Origin: Thermoanaerobaculia bacterium
GTDB lineage: Bacteria > Acidobacteriota > Thermoanaerobaculia > Multivoradales > Multivoraceae
Length of the DNA: 64,000 nt
Direction of reading: 5' to 3'
Assembly (NCBI GenBank): GCA_963664405.1
Contig: OY761158.1
Location: 608,001 to 672,000, forward strand
Part shown: positions 1 through 9,376 of the stretch, piece after piece
Numbering within the stretch: position 1 is the first letter of the stretch
Layout: each line of letters starts with the position of its first letter
Program-made: the position numbers and the translations under genes
The notes under the pieces: generated by a model
What the model was told of the DNA's origin: nothing
The model's input: only the letters and a program-made list of their open reading frames with translations
Databases searched by the model: none

Positions 1-141
1 CTGGCCAAGAAGGTCGAGCAACTGGAAAAGGAGCTATCCCGTACTCGCGAGGCGCTGCGCAAGGCAGAGCTGATCCTCGAAGTGCAGGGAAAAGTTGCCG
101 GGCTGCTGGGCTTCAACCTCGAGGACGGGAGGAGCTCCTGA
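1..141 (+). CDS. IS3 orfA, C-terminal part (LAKKVEQLEKELSRTREALRKAELILEVQGK...)
   Basis: Open frame from position 1 to TGA 139-141 with a leucine-zipper-like pattern. Contains the slippery heptamer G GGA AAA at 87-93. Confidence 0.75.
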   Translation: MAKKVEQLEKELSRTREALRKAELILEVQGKVAGLLGFNLEDGRSS

Positions 142-155
142 TCGCCGCCGCCGAA

Positions 156-1145
156 TTGGCGCTGCAGGTCGGCGTCAAGCCGTCCTGTATCGCTCTCGGC
201 GTGGCACGGGCGACCCTGTACCGTCGTCGGAAGCCAACTACCGGGCCGCAGCCCCGGCCAACACCCGCCCGGGCTCTGAGCGAGGACGAGTGCCAAGCCG
301 TCCTGGACGTCCTGGACTCGCCTCGTTTCGTCGATCGTGCCCCCGCCGAGGTCGTCGCCACGCTCCTGGACGAGCAACGCTACCTCTGCTCGGAGAGGAC
401 CATGTACCGCATCCTCGCTGCGCGAGCTCCGGTGCGCGAGCGGCGCAACCAGCTTCGCCACCCCGATTACACCAAGCCGGAGCTGGTGGCGGTCGCCCCC
501 AACCAAGTCTGGTCCTGGGATATCACCCGATTGCGGGGTCCTGAGAAGTGGAGCTACTACTACCTCTACGTCCTGCTCGACATCTTCAGCCGCTACGTCG
601 TCGGCTGGATGCTCGCTCCCCGCGAGAACGCCAATCTCGCCGGTCGCCTCATCGAGGAGACGTGCTGCAAGCACGATGTCAAACCCGAGGTCCTCACTCT
701 GCACAGCGATCGGGGCTCCCCGATGACCGCCAAGTGCACGGCTCAGCTGCTCGCCGATCTGGGACTCACTCAGTCGCTCAGCCGGCCCCAGGTCTGTGAC
801 GACAATCCCTTTTCCGAGGCCCAGTTCAAGACCCTCAAGTACCACCCGAGCTTCCCCTCCCGATTCGCCAGCCAGGAGGCCGCCCAGGCTTTCTGCAGGA
901 CCTTCTTCCCTTGGTACAACACCGAGCACCGCCACGGTGGGATCGCCCACCTGACGCCGCACGGCGTCCACCACGGTCGAGCGGAGCAGGACCTTGCCGC
1001 ACGGCAAGTCACGCTCGATGCCGCCTTCCAAACTCACCCAGAACGCTTCCTCCGAGGGCGACCCATCGTCTCGCCTTTACCTGGAACCGTATACATCAAC
1101 CGGCCTGAGGATCCGCAGGTCTCGACCGAAGAGGACCTTCACTAA
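156..1145 (+). CDS. IS3-family transposase orfB (rve/DDE)
   Basis: Motifs PNQVWSWDIT, LLDIFSRYVVGW, HSDRG, DNPFSEAQFKTLK, WYNTEHRH. Lies in the -1 frame relative to orfA. Confidence 0.92.
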   Translation: MALQVGVKPSCIALGVARATLYRRRKPTTGPQPRPTPARALSEDECQAVLDVLDSPRFVDRAPAEVVATLLDEQRYLCSERTMYRILAARAPVRERRNQLRHPDYTKPELVAVAPNQVWSWDITRLRGPEKWSYYYLYVLLDIFSRYVVGWMLAPRENANLAGRLIEETCCKHDVKPEVLTLHSDRGSPMTAKCTAQLLADLGLTQSLSRPQVCDDNPFSEAQFKTLKYHPSFPSRFASQEAAQAFCRTFFPWYNTEHRHGGIAHLTPHGVHHGRAEQDLAARQVTLDAAFQTHPERFLRGRPIVSPLPGTVYINRPEDPQVSTEEDLH

Positions 1146-1186
1146 TTTATGACTCGAGGTGTCTCAAAGTTCTTGACAGGTTCCGC

Positions 1187-2242
1187 GATGATCTTGTGCT
1201 CGACTATCAAGAGGGCAAGGAAAAGTACGCCTATGATCTTCGGTTCTCGCGGGGTGGGATTCGCAGATGGGTAACCAAAAGGCGAATGCCTCGCCATCAG
1301 TGCAAGTCGTGCAATCATGCATTTATACCGGTCGAACCGAAGTCTCAACAGCGCCTCGGCCACAACCTGCTCGCTTGGGCCATGCACCAGCATGTCATCA
1401 ACCGAACTTCCCTCGCGAACCTGACGATGACCGCACGTGAGTGTTTTGGCTTGGAACTCGGAGAATGGGACTTCCAGAGGCTGAAGTCAATGGCCGGGAA
1501 GTACTATCAAGAAACGTATGACAAGTTACTGAGTGAGCTGGTGGCGGGGCCTCTGCTTCATATCGACGAGACGAGTGTTTGGTTAAGAGGCCATGTCACC
1601 GGCTACGTGTGGGTATTCACAAGCATGGAGTCGGTCGTGTTCATGTACCGGTCTACGCGGGAAGGCGATTTTCTACACGACCTCTTGCGGACGTTCACGG
1701 GCGTAATGGTGACGGACTTCTATACGGCGTATGACTCGATACAGTGCCCACAGCAAAAATGCCTAGTGCACCTGATGTGGGATATCAATCGGGCGCTGCT
1801 TAAGCATCCGTTTGACGAGGAACTGAACGAACTTGGCAGGACGTTTGGGACTCTCATGCGAGATGTCGTCGGCACAATCGATCGATTTGGTTTGAAGGAC
1901 CGGTATCTGAGAAAGCATCGAGAGCAAGCGTCGACATGGCTTCGCGGACTGCGAGGGAGTCCGTGGAAATCGGTCATCGCGGAGAAGTTTCGTAAGAGGA
2001 TTGTCAAGTACGACGATCGTCTATTCACTTTCCTCGACTACGATGGCGTACCTTGGAATAACAACAACGCTGAGAATGCAATTAAGCCGTTTGCGAAGTA
2101 CAGAAGACTGGTTCGGGGACGGATAACCGAGCCTGGACTTCGCGACTATTTGGTGCTGCTGAGTATTGCCCACACATGCAAATACCGTAGCGTCTCACTG
2201 CTTGACTTTCTCTTGTCCGGGGCTCAGGAGATTCCTGATTGA
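1187..2242 (+). pseudogene. IS66-family (TnpC-like) transposase, 5'-truncated at the IS3 end
   Basis: CKSC zinc motif, HIDETS, VTDFYTAY, QKCLVHL, NNNNAENAIK. The frame is open back to the IS3 boundary and the segment is visibly more AT-rich than its flanks. Confidence 0.8.
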
Positions 2243-3456
2243 GCGGGCTCCGCCGGGGATCCTCCACTCTTAACTGTAATCGCGACTCTGGCACCCTCGC
2301 TGCCGGATATGCGCTCGGCAACCAGGGAGTCGAGAGGGCGCCGGTAGAGGCTGGTCTCGGCTCCCTCGCGACGGACGAAGACCACCATCCGACCGTCCGG
2401 AGAGAGCGCGAAGGGCTGATCCGGAGCTGCCTCGAGGTCGAGAGCCGTGACCGTCCAGGTGTCGCCCGAGGCAGCGTCGCTCGCCGCATCGCCTCCATCT
2501 CGGAACAGGACGAAGCCCAAGACAAGACCGACCACCACGGCGAGGGCGAGGACGAGGACCGCCAACACCGGTCGCCTGGTAGGCACCGTCTCGGTCTCGG
2601 GCTTATCGGTAAGGGCCTCGAGTTCGAGGGCCAGGTCGTGGGCGTGCCAGCGCCGCTCGGGAGCCTTCTCGAGGCAGCGACTCACCAGCCAGTCGAGGCG
2701 ATCGGGAGCGACTGGCCGCCGCTCCCGTAACGGCTCCGGCTCGCTGGTCATGATCGCGGCCATGAGCCTCACCTGGGATTCCCCGGCAAAGGGTCGCGCT
2801 CCGGTCACCATCTCGTAGAGGACAGCACCCAGCCCCCAGATGTCCGAGCGCTCGTCGGCCTCCTTGCCTTCGAGCTGCTCAGGGGCCATGTACTGGAGCG
2901 TCCCCAGGATCGAGCCTTCGCCGGTCAGGGGCTGCGTGACGGTCGGGGTCTGTGTATCCCCCACGGCCAGCCCGGAGTGAACCACGCCCTTGGCGAGGCC
3001 GAAGTCCAGAACCTTGGCTCCGTCTCGGGTCAGCATGACATTGCCAGGTTTGAGGTCCCGGTGGATCACTCCGTGACGATGGGCGGCATCGATGGCCTCG
3101 GCGATCTCCGAACCGATCGTCGCCACCTCCTCTAGGGGCAGGGCGCCGCGTCGAAGCCGGTCCTCGAGAGTTTCGCCCTCCAGGTACTCCATGACCAGGT
3201 AATCGACACCGTCTTCGCTGCCAATGTCGTGGAGGGTACAGATGTTGGGATGGCTCAGCTGCGAGAGGCTCTTCGCTTCACGCTCCAGCCGCTGGCGGTA
3301 GAGCGTGTCCTGCCCGAGCTCCTCAGGCAGTACCTTGATCGCGACATCCCGCTCCAGGCGTGTGTCACGACCCAGGTACACCTCTCCCATGCCGCCCTTT
3401 CCGCGCAGCTCGACGATCTCGTAGGGACCGAGGCGGGAGCCTGGTTCTAGAGCCAT
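2224..3456 (-). CDS. Ser/Thr protein kinase with TM segment; C-terminally truncated duplicate of 3620-6286
   Basis: GKGGMGEVY, VAIK, HRDLKPGN, DFG, YMAPE. Homology to the full copy stops near 2287 and the last ~20 aa are unrelated read-through sequence. Confidence 0.88.
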   Translation of the reverse strand: MALEPGSRLGPYEIVELRGKGGMGEVYLGRDTRLERDVAIKVLPEELGQDTLYRQRLEREAKSLSQLSHPNICTLHDIGSEDGVDYLVMEYLEGETLEDRLRRGALPLEEVATIGSEIAEAIDAAHRHGVIHRDLKPGNVMLTRDGAKVLDFGLAKGVVHSGLAVGDTQTPTVTQPLTGEGSILGTLQYMAPEQLEGKEADERSDIWGLGAVLYEMVTGARPFAGESQVRLMAAIMTSEPEPLRERRPVAPDRLDWLVSRCLEKAPERRWHAHDLALELEALTDKPETETVPTRRPVLAVLVLALAVVVGLVLGFVLFRDGGDAASDAASGDTWTVTALDLEAAPDQPFALSPDGRMVVFVRREGAETSLYRRPLDSLVAERISGSEGARVAITVKSGGSPAEPAQSGIS

Positions 3457-3516
3457 GACTTGGCGACATCTTACCCGTCGCCCGGTGGAATCAGCGGCTC
3501 GGAGCTCGATCTGTGC

Positions 3517-3609
3517 TGTCGCACCTCACCCGGAAGTGCGACACCGCCCCGATTTCGGGGCCTATCGACTTTCAGCTATGCCTGTCGCACTCCGCCAGCA
3601 AAGGCGACA
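3517..3609. promoter_or_regulatory. Pair of 27-bp palindromic TGTCGC-N15-GCGACA sites (3517-3543, 3583-3609)
   Basis: Read directly. Same length and arms as the sites at 6345, 6402 and 9787. Function inferred. Confidence 0.55.
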
Positions 3610-3619
3610 AGGCCCGCGC

Positions 3620-6286
3620 TCACGAGCCCCCATCGGAGAACATCTCGAGCACCTTGGCCCGCCAGTTCTGGATGAAGACTCGACGCTCCTCCTCGTCCTC
3701 TGCCGCCTGGATCATGAGGAAGCGACCGTCGGGGTGGATATCGTAGTTCTGGAAGCGGGTGGCCACGCGCAGGTACTCATCCACGAAGAGTGGCTCGGGA
3801 CGGCGGGTGACGAGACGCTCGCCGGTGATCTCGACCGGGAGCGTCATCATGTGGGTCGGGCTGCGATAGAGGATCTCCCGGCCTTCGGGGGAGAAGCTCG
3901 CCTCCTCGCCGCCGTCGAAGGTGAGCTGGCGCGGCTCGCCGGGACCGGGGAAGGGCCGAATCCAGACGTTCGCTTGTCCCTCAACGCGCACCGAGTAGGC
4001 GATCCAACGTCCGGCGGGGTGGAAGCGGGCGGCGTGGACCTGCTTCCCCTCGAGGAGGGTTTCGGACTCCCCGCTCTGCCGGTCGAAGACCCAGAGCCCG
4101 TTGACATCGAGGAGGCCCGTGTAGAGCAGGTAGCGCCCGTCCGGGGAGAAGTCGAGCGGGAGTTGGTTGTGCTCCGACGGTACGAGACGCTCCGCAGAGG
4201 ACCTGCGATCGGCGGGCTGGATGTAGATCTGCCGGCGTCCCTCGAAGCGATCCGACGCGAAGACGATCTCCCGTCCGTCGGGGGGCACCCACATCGCGCC
4301 AGTGTTGCGATTCCCCTCCTGGGTCGGGCGGGTCCAGGAGCCGGTCCCGAGGTCGAGCATCCACTGCTCATTATTCCCCCTGGCGTTGCGGGCTGCCACC
4401 GAGATCCGGCGCCAGTCCAGGGAATGTCGCGGCCTCGAGAAAGGCTTGCGCTCTGGCGCCACCTCCTCGATGTCCAGGCCGTCCCGACTCACCCAGACCA
4501 GGCGGTCCCCATTCCGACTCCCGAGGACGTAGAGCAGGTCGCCCGAGTCGGCGAGCGCGAAGCGGCCGCCGGCACCGACGCTGCCGGGGGACGGGGCCAC
4601 CCCGGTCTCGACCTGACGCGCTGGGCCGAGGAGGTCGGCGGTCTCGGGATCGATCGGCACCGCCCACAGTCCGCCTTCGCGATAGAAGACCAAAACCCCC
4701 GGATTGAGATAGCGCGGCTGCGTCCCAGGGAGGAGAACCCGTTCCTTGCCGGTCTCGAGGTCCACCGCCAGCACATCGCGCCCGAAGCCGTCCTGACGCT
4801 CGGATCTCGATTGGGTCAGGGCGATCCGTTCACCAGGCAGAAGCGCTGCCCCGTCGCCATGTCGTCCCACCTGCTCGGGGACACCCCCACCCGCCGGAAT
4901 CCGCCATAGCTCGCGAGACGTGGCGCTGCCTATCTCAGGCGTGTAGTAGAGGAAGCCGTCGCGCCCCCAGACAGCGGCTGCGCGGATCCGGATCCCTTCC
5001 ACCAGAGCGCTGGCGCCGCCTCCACCCTCCACGCGAAGCGTCTTCAGACTGCCCCCGGCGTCCACGAAGGCAAGCTGTTTGCCGTCGGGCGAGAAGATCG
5101 GGCTGCGGGCACCGTCGCTGCCGGAGATGCGCTCGACGACCAGGGAGCCGAGAGAGCGCCGGTAGAGGCTGGTCTCGGCTCCCTCGCGACGACGGAAAAC
5201 CACCATCCGACCGTCCGGAGAGAGCACTGCGGGCTCATCCGGAGCTGCCTCGAGGTCGAGAGCCGTGACCGTCCAGGTGTCGTCGGAGGCAGCGTCGCTC
5301 GCCGCATCGCCTCCATCTCGGAACAGGACGAAGCCCAAGACAAGACCGACCACCAGGGCAAGGAGGCCGAAGGCACCGGCGAGGACCGCCGATACCTGAC
5401 GCTTGGCAGGCGCCGTCTCGGTCTCGGGCCTATCGGTAAGGGCCTCGAGCTCCAGGGCCAGGTCGTGGGCGGAATGCCAGCGACGCTCGGGGGCCTTCTC
5501 GAGACAGCGGCTCACCAGCCAGTCGAGGCGGTCGGGAGCCACTGGCCGCCGCTCCCGTAACGGCTCCGGCTCGCTGGTCATGATGGCCGCCATGAGCCTC
5601 ACCTGGGATTCCCCGGCAAAGGGTCGCGCTCCGGTCACCATCTCGTAGAGGACCGCACCCAGACCCCAGATGTCCGAGCGCTCGTCGGCCTCTTTGCCTT
5701 CGAGCTGCTCCGGGGCCATGTATTGAAGGGTCCCCAGGATCGAGCCTTCGCCGGTCAGGGGCTGCGTGACGGTCGGGGTCTGTGTATCCCCCACGGCCAG
5801 TCCGGCGTGAACCACGCCCTTGGCGAGGCCGAAGTCCAGGACCTTGGCTCCGTCTCGGGTCAGCATGACGTTGCCGGGCTTGAGATCGCGGTGGACTACT
5901 CCGTGACGATGGGCGGCATCGATGGCCTCGGCGATCTGCGATCCGATCGCCGCCACCTCATCCAGCGGCAGGGCGCCGCGTCGAAGCCGACCCTCGAGGG
6001 TCTCGCCCTCCAGGTACTCCATGACCAAAAAGTCGACACCGTCTTCGCTGCCAATGTCGTGGAGGGTACAGATGTGGGGATGGCTCAGCTGCGAGAGGCT
6101 CTTCGCTTCACGCTCGAGCCGCTGGCGGTAGAGCGTGTCCTGCCCGAGCTCCTCAGGCAGCACCTTGATCGCTACATCCCGCTCCAGGCGTGTGTCGCGG
6201 CCCAGGTACACCTCTCCCATGCCGCCCTTGCCGCGCAGCTCGACGATCTCGTACGGACCGAGGCGGGAGCCTGGTTCTAGAGCCAT
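3620..6286 (-). CDS. Membrane Ser/Thr protein kinase with C-terminal TolB-like (PD40) beta-propeller
   Basis: Hanks kinase motifs, a hydrophobic TM segment and repeated SPDG-type blades (FSPDGK, FSPDGR, FSPEGR). Start set at MALEPGS (6286) by analogy with the duplicate. Confidence 0.92.
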   Translation of the reverse strand: MALEPGSRLGPYEIVELRGKGGMGEVYLGRDTRLERDVAIKVLPEELGQDTLYRQRLEREAKSLSQLSHPHICTLHDIGSEDGVDFLVMEYLEGETLEGRLRRGALPLDEVAAIGSQIAEAIDAAHRHGVVHRDLKPGNVMLTRDGAKVLDFGLAKGVVHAGLAVGDTQTPTVTQPLTGEGSILGTLQYMAPEQLEGKEADERSDIWGLGAVLYEMVTGARPFAGESQVRLMAAIMTSEPEPLRERRPVAPDRLDWLVSRCLEKAPERRWHSAHDLALELEALTDRPETETAPAKRQVSAVLAGAFGLLALVVGLVLGFVLFRDGGDAASDAASDDTWTVTALDLEAAPDEPAVLSPDGRMVVFRRREGAETSLYRRSLGSLVVERISGSDGARSPIFSPDGKQLAFVDAGGSLKTLRVEGGGGASALVEGIRIRAAAVWGRDGFLYYTPEIGSATSRELWRIPAGGGVPEQVGRHGDGAALLPGERIALTQSRSERQDGFGRDVLAVDLETGKERVLLPGTQPRYLNPGVLVFYREGGLWAVPIDPETADLLGPARQVETGVAPSPGSVGAGGRFALADSGDLLYVLGSRNGDRLVWVSRDGLDIEEVAPERKPFSRPRHSLDWRRISVAARNARGNNEQWMLDLGTGSWTRPTQEGNRNTGAMWVPPDGREIVFASDRFEGRRQIYIQPADRRSSAERLVPSEHNQLPLDFSPDGRYLLYTGLLDVNGLWVFDRQSGESETLLEGKQVHAARFHPAGRWIAYSVRVEGQANVWIRPFPGPGEPRQLTFDGGEEASFSPEGREILYRSPTHMMTLPVEITGERLVTRRPEPLFVDEYLRVATRFQNYDIHPDGRFLMIQAAEDEEERRVFIQNWRAKVLEMFSDGGS

Positions 6287-6344
6287 GAGTTGGCGACATC
6301 TTACAGTCGCCCGGTGGATCAGCGGCTCAGAGCTCGATCTGTGC

Positions 6345-6428
6345 TGTCGCAGAGCACCCAAAAGTGCGACAGCGGGAGGCTTATTCGCTTCGAGCTATTC
6401 TTGTCGTGGTCCGCCCCCAAATGCGACA
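6345..6428. promoter_or_regulatory. Pair of 27-bp palindromic TGTCGY-N15-GCGACA sites (6345-6371, 6402-6428)
   Basis: Read directly. Function inferred. Confidence 0.55.
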
Positions 6429-6458
6429 GTCTCGTCCGACTTGCGCCGCGCCGGCTCT

Positions 6459-7107
6459 TCAGGCTCTGGCAAGCAGAGCTTCCGTAAGGCCGACGTGTCT
6501 GGGCATCCCGATCTGCTCGTAAATGGTGAGCGCCTCTTCCAGGAGCCGATGCGCCCGAGCCGTGTCGTCGGGGGCGGCACGTTCGAGGAGCATATCCGCG
6601 TACCAACGACGGGCGTCCGCCTGCTCACTCTTGAAAGGGATTCTCTCGGCCTGGTCGAGAGCCTCTCGGAAGTGCTCTTCAGCGCGATCCCAATCGCCGA
6701 GGCAGGAGGCCCCGATGCCGGCAGTCGTCTGCAGGAGCCGCGGAACGTTAGGCGGGATGAGCGTGCCGGTATCGATGGCTCTCTCGAGCATCGGGTAGAG
6801 CTCAGCGGCCCGGTCCCGCTCTCCCATGATGGCGAGCGCCTCTGTAGCGCCCAGTAGAATGGACCAAGCACCGTTGGCGTTCGGGCCGGAGCCTCGAGGA
6901 AGGGCGTCTTCCGAGTCAACGAGGGCGAGCACCTCGCTTCGTCGACCGAGATAGCCGGAGACGAGGAGCAACGAGGACGTGGTGACGCCGTAGAGCGCCC
7001 CGACCGGCTCTCCTCTCACGGCTTCTTCCAAAAGGTCGTACGCCGCCTTCCAGTCGCCTCTCCAGAACGCAGCCAAACCACGCCACCCTCGCGCGAACGA
7101 ATGCCAA
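6459..7107 (-). pseudogene. C-terminal TPR region of a larger regulatory protein, 5'-truncated by the adjacent element
   Basis: TPR-like helices (GDWDRAEEHFREALDQA, ARAHRLLEEALTIYEQIGM). The frame runs open into the element's left inverted repeat with no convincing start. Confidence 0.7.
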
Positions 7108-7270
7108 GGCTTGAACGAAGGCCGCTGCGCGGCAGTTCCGGACGATGAGTCGAAGATCGTGGTCGTAGCGCCGGGCGTGAGCAGGGCCGAGAGTTAGCCA
7201 CGGTCGAGGAAAGTCTCCATCCTCTTGGTTTGGCGTCAATGCCGACGCCTGCAACGAGGAGGACCCTGTC

Positions 7271-8131
7271 ATGGGTGCACTGAGAGATCGGATGGAGACG
7301 GACATGAAGCTGCACGACTTTCGACCGGCGACCCAATCGCAGTACTTGCACTGCGTGCGCCGGCTGGCGAAGCACTACGGGCGCTCGCCCGATAAGCTGT
7401 GCGAAGAGGAGGTGCGCAGTTTCCTGCTCTACCTCCGCGAGGACCGTGCTTTGAGCTCGGCGAGTATCAGCACCTACACGGCGGCGCTGAAGTTCTTCTA
7501 CGGGATCACCCTTCACCGCGAGGAGATGGTGCCCTCGTTAGGCGCGCCGAAGGTGCGCACGCAGCTTCCGGTCATCCTCTCGGGCACCGAGGTCGCGGCG
7601 GTGCTTGGCGCGATCCGCTCGCACGAGCTGCGTACGTTGGCCACGGTTCTGTACGCTTCGGGCCTGCGCATCAGCGAAGCGTGCGCGCTGGAGGTGTCAG
7701 ACATCGACTCCGAGCGCATGCTGATCCATGTGCGCGACGGTAAGGGCGGCCGCGACCGCTTCGCCCTTCTCAGCCCGCAGCTGCTCAAGGTGCTGCGTCG
7801 ATACTTCCGCAAAGAGCGCCCCGAGCCGCCCTATCTGTTTCCCGCTCCGCGCTCCGGCAAGACGTTGCGCCCCGACACGGTGCGTAAGAGCCTGCATCGG
7901 GCGGCTTTGCGCTGCGGGATTGTCAAGCGTGTGACCCCACACCTGCTGCGTCACTGCTTTGGCGCCCACATGCTGGAACTGGGCACTGATATCCGTGTGC
8001 TGCAGGCGCTGTTGGGTCACCGCTCGATCCGCACGACCCAGCTGTACGTACAGGTCTCCACCCAGCTGATCGCGCGCACCCCAAGCCCGTTGGACCTGCT
8101 CGGCACTCCCGCGGGCAAGGTCCTCGGATAA
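7271..8131 (+). CDS. Tyrosine recombinase/integrase
   Basis: YASGLRISE (R), GKGGRDR (K), HLLRH (HxxR), LLGH, TTQLY (Y). GAGGAGG RBS upstream. Confidence 0.95.
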   Translation: MGALRDRMETDMKLHDFRPATQSQYLHCVRRLAKHYGRSPDKLCEEEVRSFLLYLREDRALSSASISTYTAALKFFYGITLHREEMVPSLGAPKVRTQLPVILSGTEVAAVLGAIRSHELRTLATVLYASGLRISEACALEVSDIDSERMLIHVRDGKGGRDRFALLSPQLLKVLRRYFRKERPEPPYLFPAPRSGKTLRPDTVRKSLHRAALRCGIVKRVTPHLLRHCFGAHMLELGTDIRVLQALLGHRSIRTTQLYVQVSTQLIARTPSPLDLLGTPAGKVLG

Positions 8132-8149
8132 CCGCGCGCTACAGCAACC

Positions 8150-9376
8150 GTGCACCCCCAGCAGGGGTGCGCTCGGCAGCTCGACCGCAAAGCGGGTCGG
8201 TCTCGCTATGACCTGGGCGAGATCTTCCGGGCGCACATCGACGCCTTCCGTGACCGCCACTTCTTGAGTCCTTTACAGGCTCAGGTGGTGCGGGCGATCT
8301 GTGCCTGCCGCACCGCGCAGCTGGGCGGGCATCTGGACGTGTGTCGGGACTGCGGCTATAGGCGCCCTGCGTATAACTCATGCCGGAATCGTCACTGCCC
8401 CAAGTGCCAGGCGCTGGATCAGCACCGTTGGCTCGAGCGGCGCCTGTCTCGCATTCTCCCGGTCGGCTACTTTCACGTCGTCTTCACCCTGCCGGGGGAG
8501 CTCGCCTCAGTGGGTCTGCGCAACCGCCGCCTTGTCTACGAGCTGCTCTTCCGAGCCGCGGCGGAAACGCTTCTGACCCTCGGCAAGGATCCCCAACGGC
8601 TCGGAGCCCTGCTCGGCATCACGATGGTGCTGCACACCTGGACTCGGGACCTGCGTTTCCACCCCCATATCCACGCCATCGTCACCGGCGGAGGACTCAG
8701 CCTCGACGGACGGCGGTGGCTCTCGACGGGCGAGAAGTATCTGTTTGCCGTCAAGCTTCTGGGGAGGCTGTACCGCGGTAAGTTTCTCGGCCACCTGGCC
8801 CGTGCCTACAAAGACGGACAGCTCGACCTGCCACGAGATCTGGCCGAGGACGGTGGCTTCGATCGCCTGCTGTCGAAGCTCTACGCCAAGGACTTCATCG
8901 TCTACGCCAAGCGTCCCTTCGCCGGTGCGCAGCAGGTCTTCTCCTACCTGGGCCGCTATACCCATCGAGTCGCACTGTCCAACCACAGAATCCTCAACGT
9001 CACGGAGCAGGCCATCACCCTCGCCACGCGCGATGGCAAGACCGTGACGCTCTCTCCCGAGGAGCTCATCCGCCGCTTTGTGCTGCACGTCCTGCCCCGA
9101 CGATTCCAAAAGATTCGCCACTATGGACTCATGGCCTCGGCCAACGTCCACTCTCGCCTCGAGCGAGCCCGCGCTCTGCTCGAGTCCACCGCCACAGCGA
9201 CCCAGGCCGAAACCTCCCACCCCATCCCCATCGAGTCGGAAACCACAAACGAGCTCCTCCAACGCCTCACCGGCATCGACCTCGCGATCTGTCCCGCCTG
9301 CCAAGGTCCCCGCCTCCAACGTTTCCCCCTCGACACTCCTGCCTACGCCCGGCCTCCACCGGTGGCGGCCGCGTGA
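8150..9376 (+). CDS. IS91-family (Y2 HUH) transposase with N-terminal zinc-binding domain
   Basis: CRDCG...YNSCRNRHCPKC, HVVFTLP, HTW...HPHIH (HUH), YLGRYTHR (YxxxY), IRHYG, C-terminal CPAC. Confidence 0.93.
   Translation: MHPQQGCARQLDRKAGRSRYDLGEIFRAHIDAFRDRHFLSPLQAQVVRAICACRTAQLGGHLDVCRDCGYRRPAYNSCRNRHCPKCQALDQHRWLERRLSRILPVGYFHVVFTLPGELASVGLRNRRLVYELLFRAAAETLLTLGKDPQRLGALLGITMVLHTWTRDLRFHPHIHAIVTGGGLSLDGRRWLSTGEKYLFAVKLLGRLYRGKFLGHLARAYKDGQLDLPRDLAEDGGFDRLLSKLYAKDFIVYAKRPFAGAQQVFSYLGRYTHRVALSNHRILNVTEQAITLATRDGKTVTLSPEELIRRFVLHVLPRRFQKIRHYGLMASANVHSRLERARALLESTATATQAETSHPIPIESETTNELLQRLTGIDLAICPACQGPRLQRFPLDTPAYARPPPVAAA

Larger units (their letters stand above)
1..1186 (+). mobile_element. 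IS3-family insertion sequence (left end outside window)
   Basis: 3' end of orfA (1-141) plus an orfB with a DDE integrase core. A short non-coding tail ending tgtctcaaagttcttgacaggttccgc is the likely right end; the boundary is approximate. Confidence 0.85.

Noticed and set aside
2287-6286. Diversity-generating retroelement template/variable repeat pair
   Set aside because: No reverse transcriptase is present, and differences between the copies are mostly synonymous rather than adenine-specific.
7271-8131. Integron integrase
   Set aside because: At 286 aa it appears to lack the IntI-specific insertion, I found no attC array, and it is paired with an HUH transposase.
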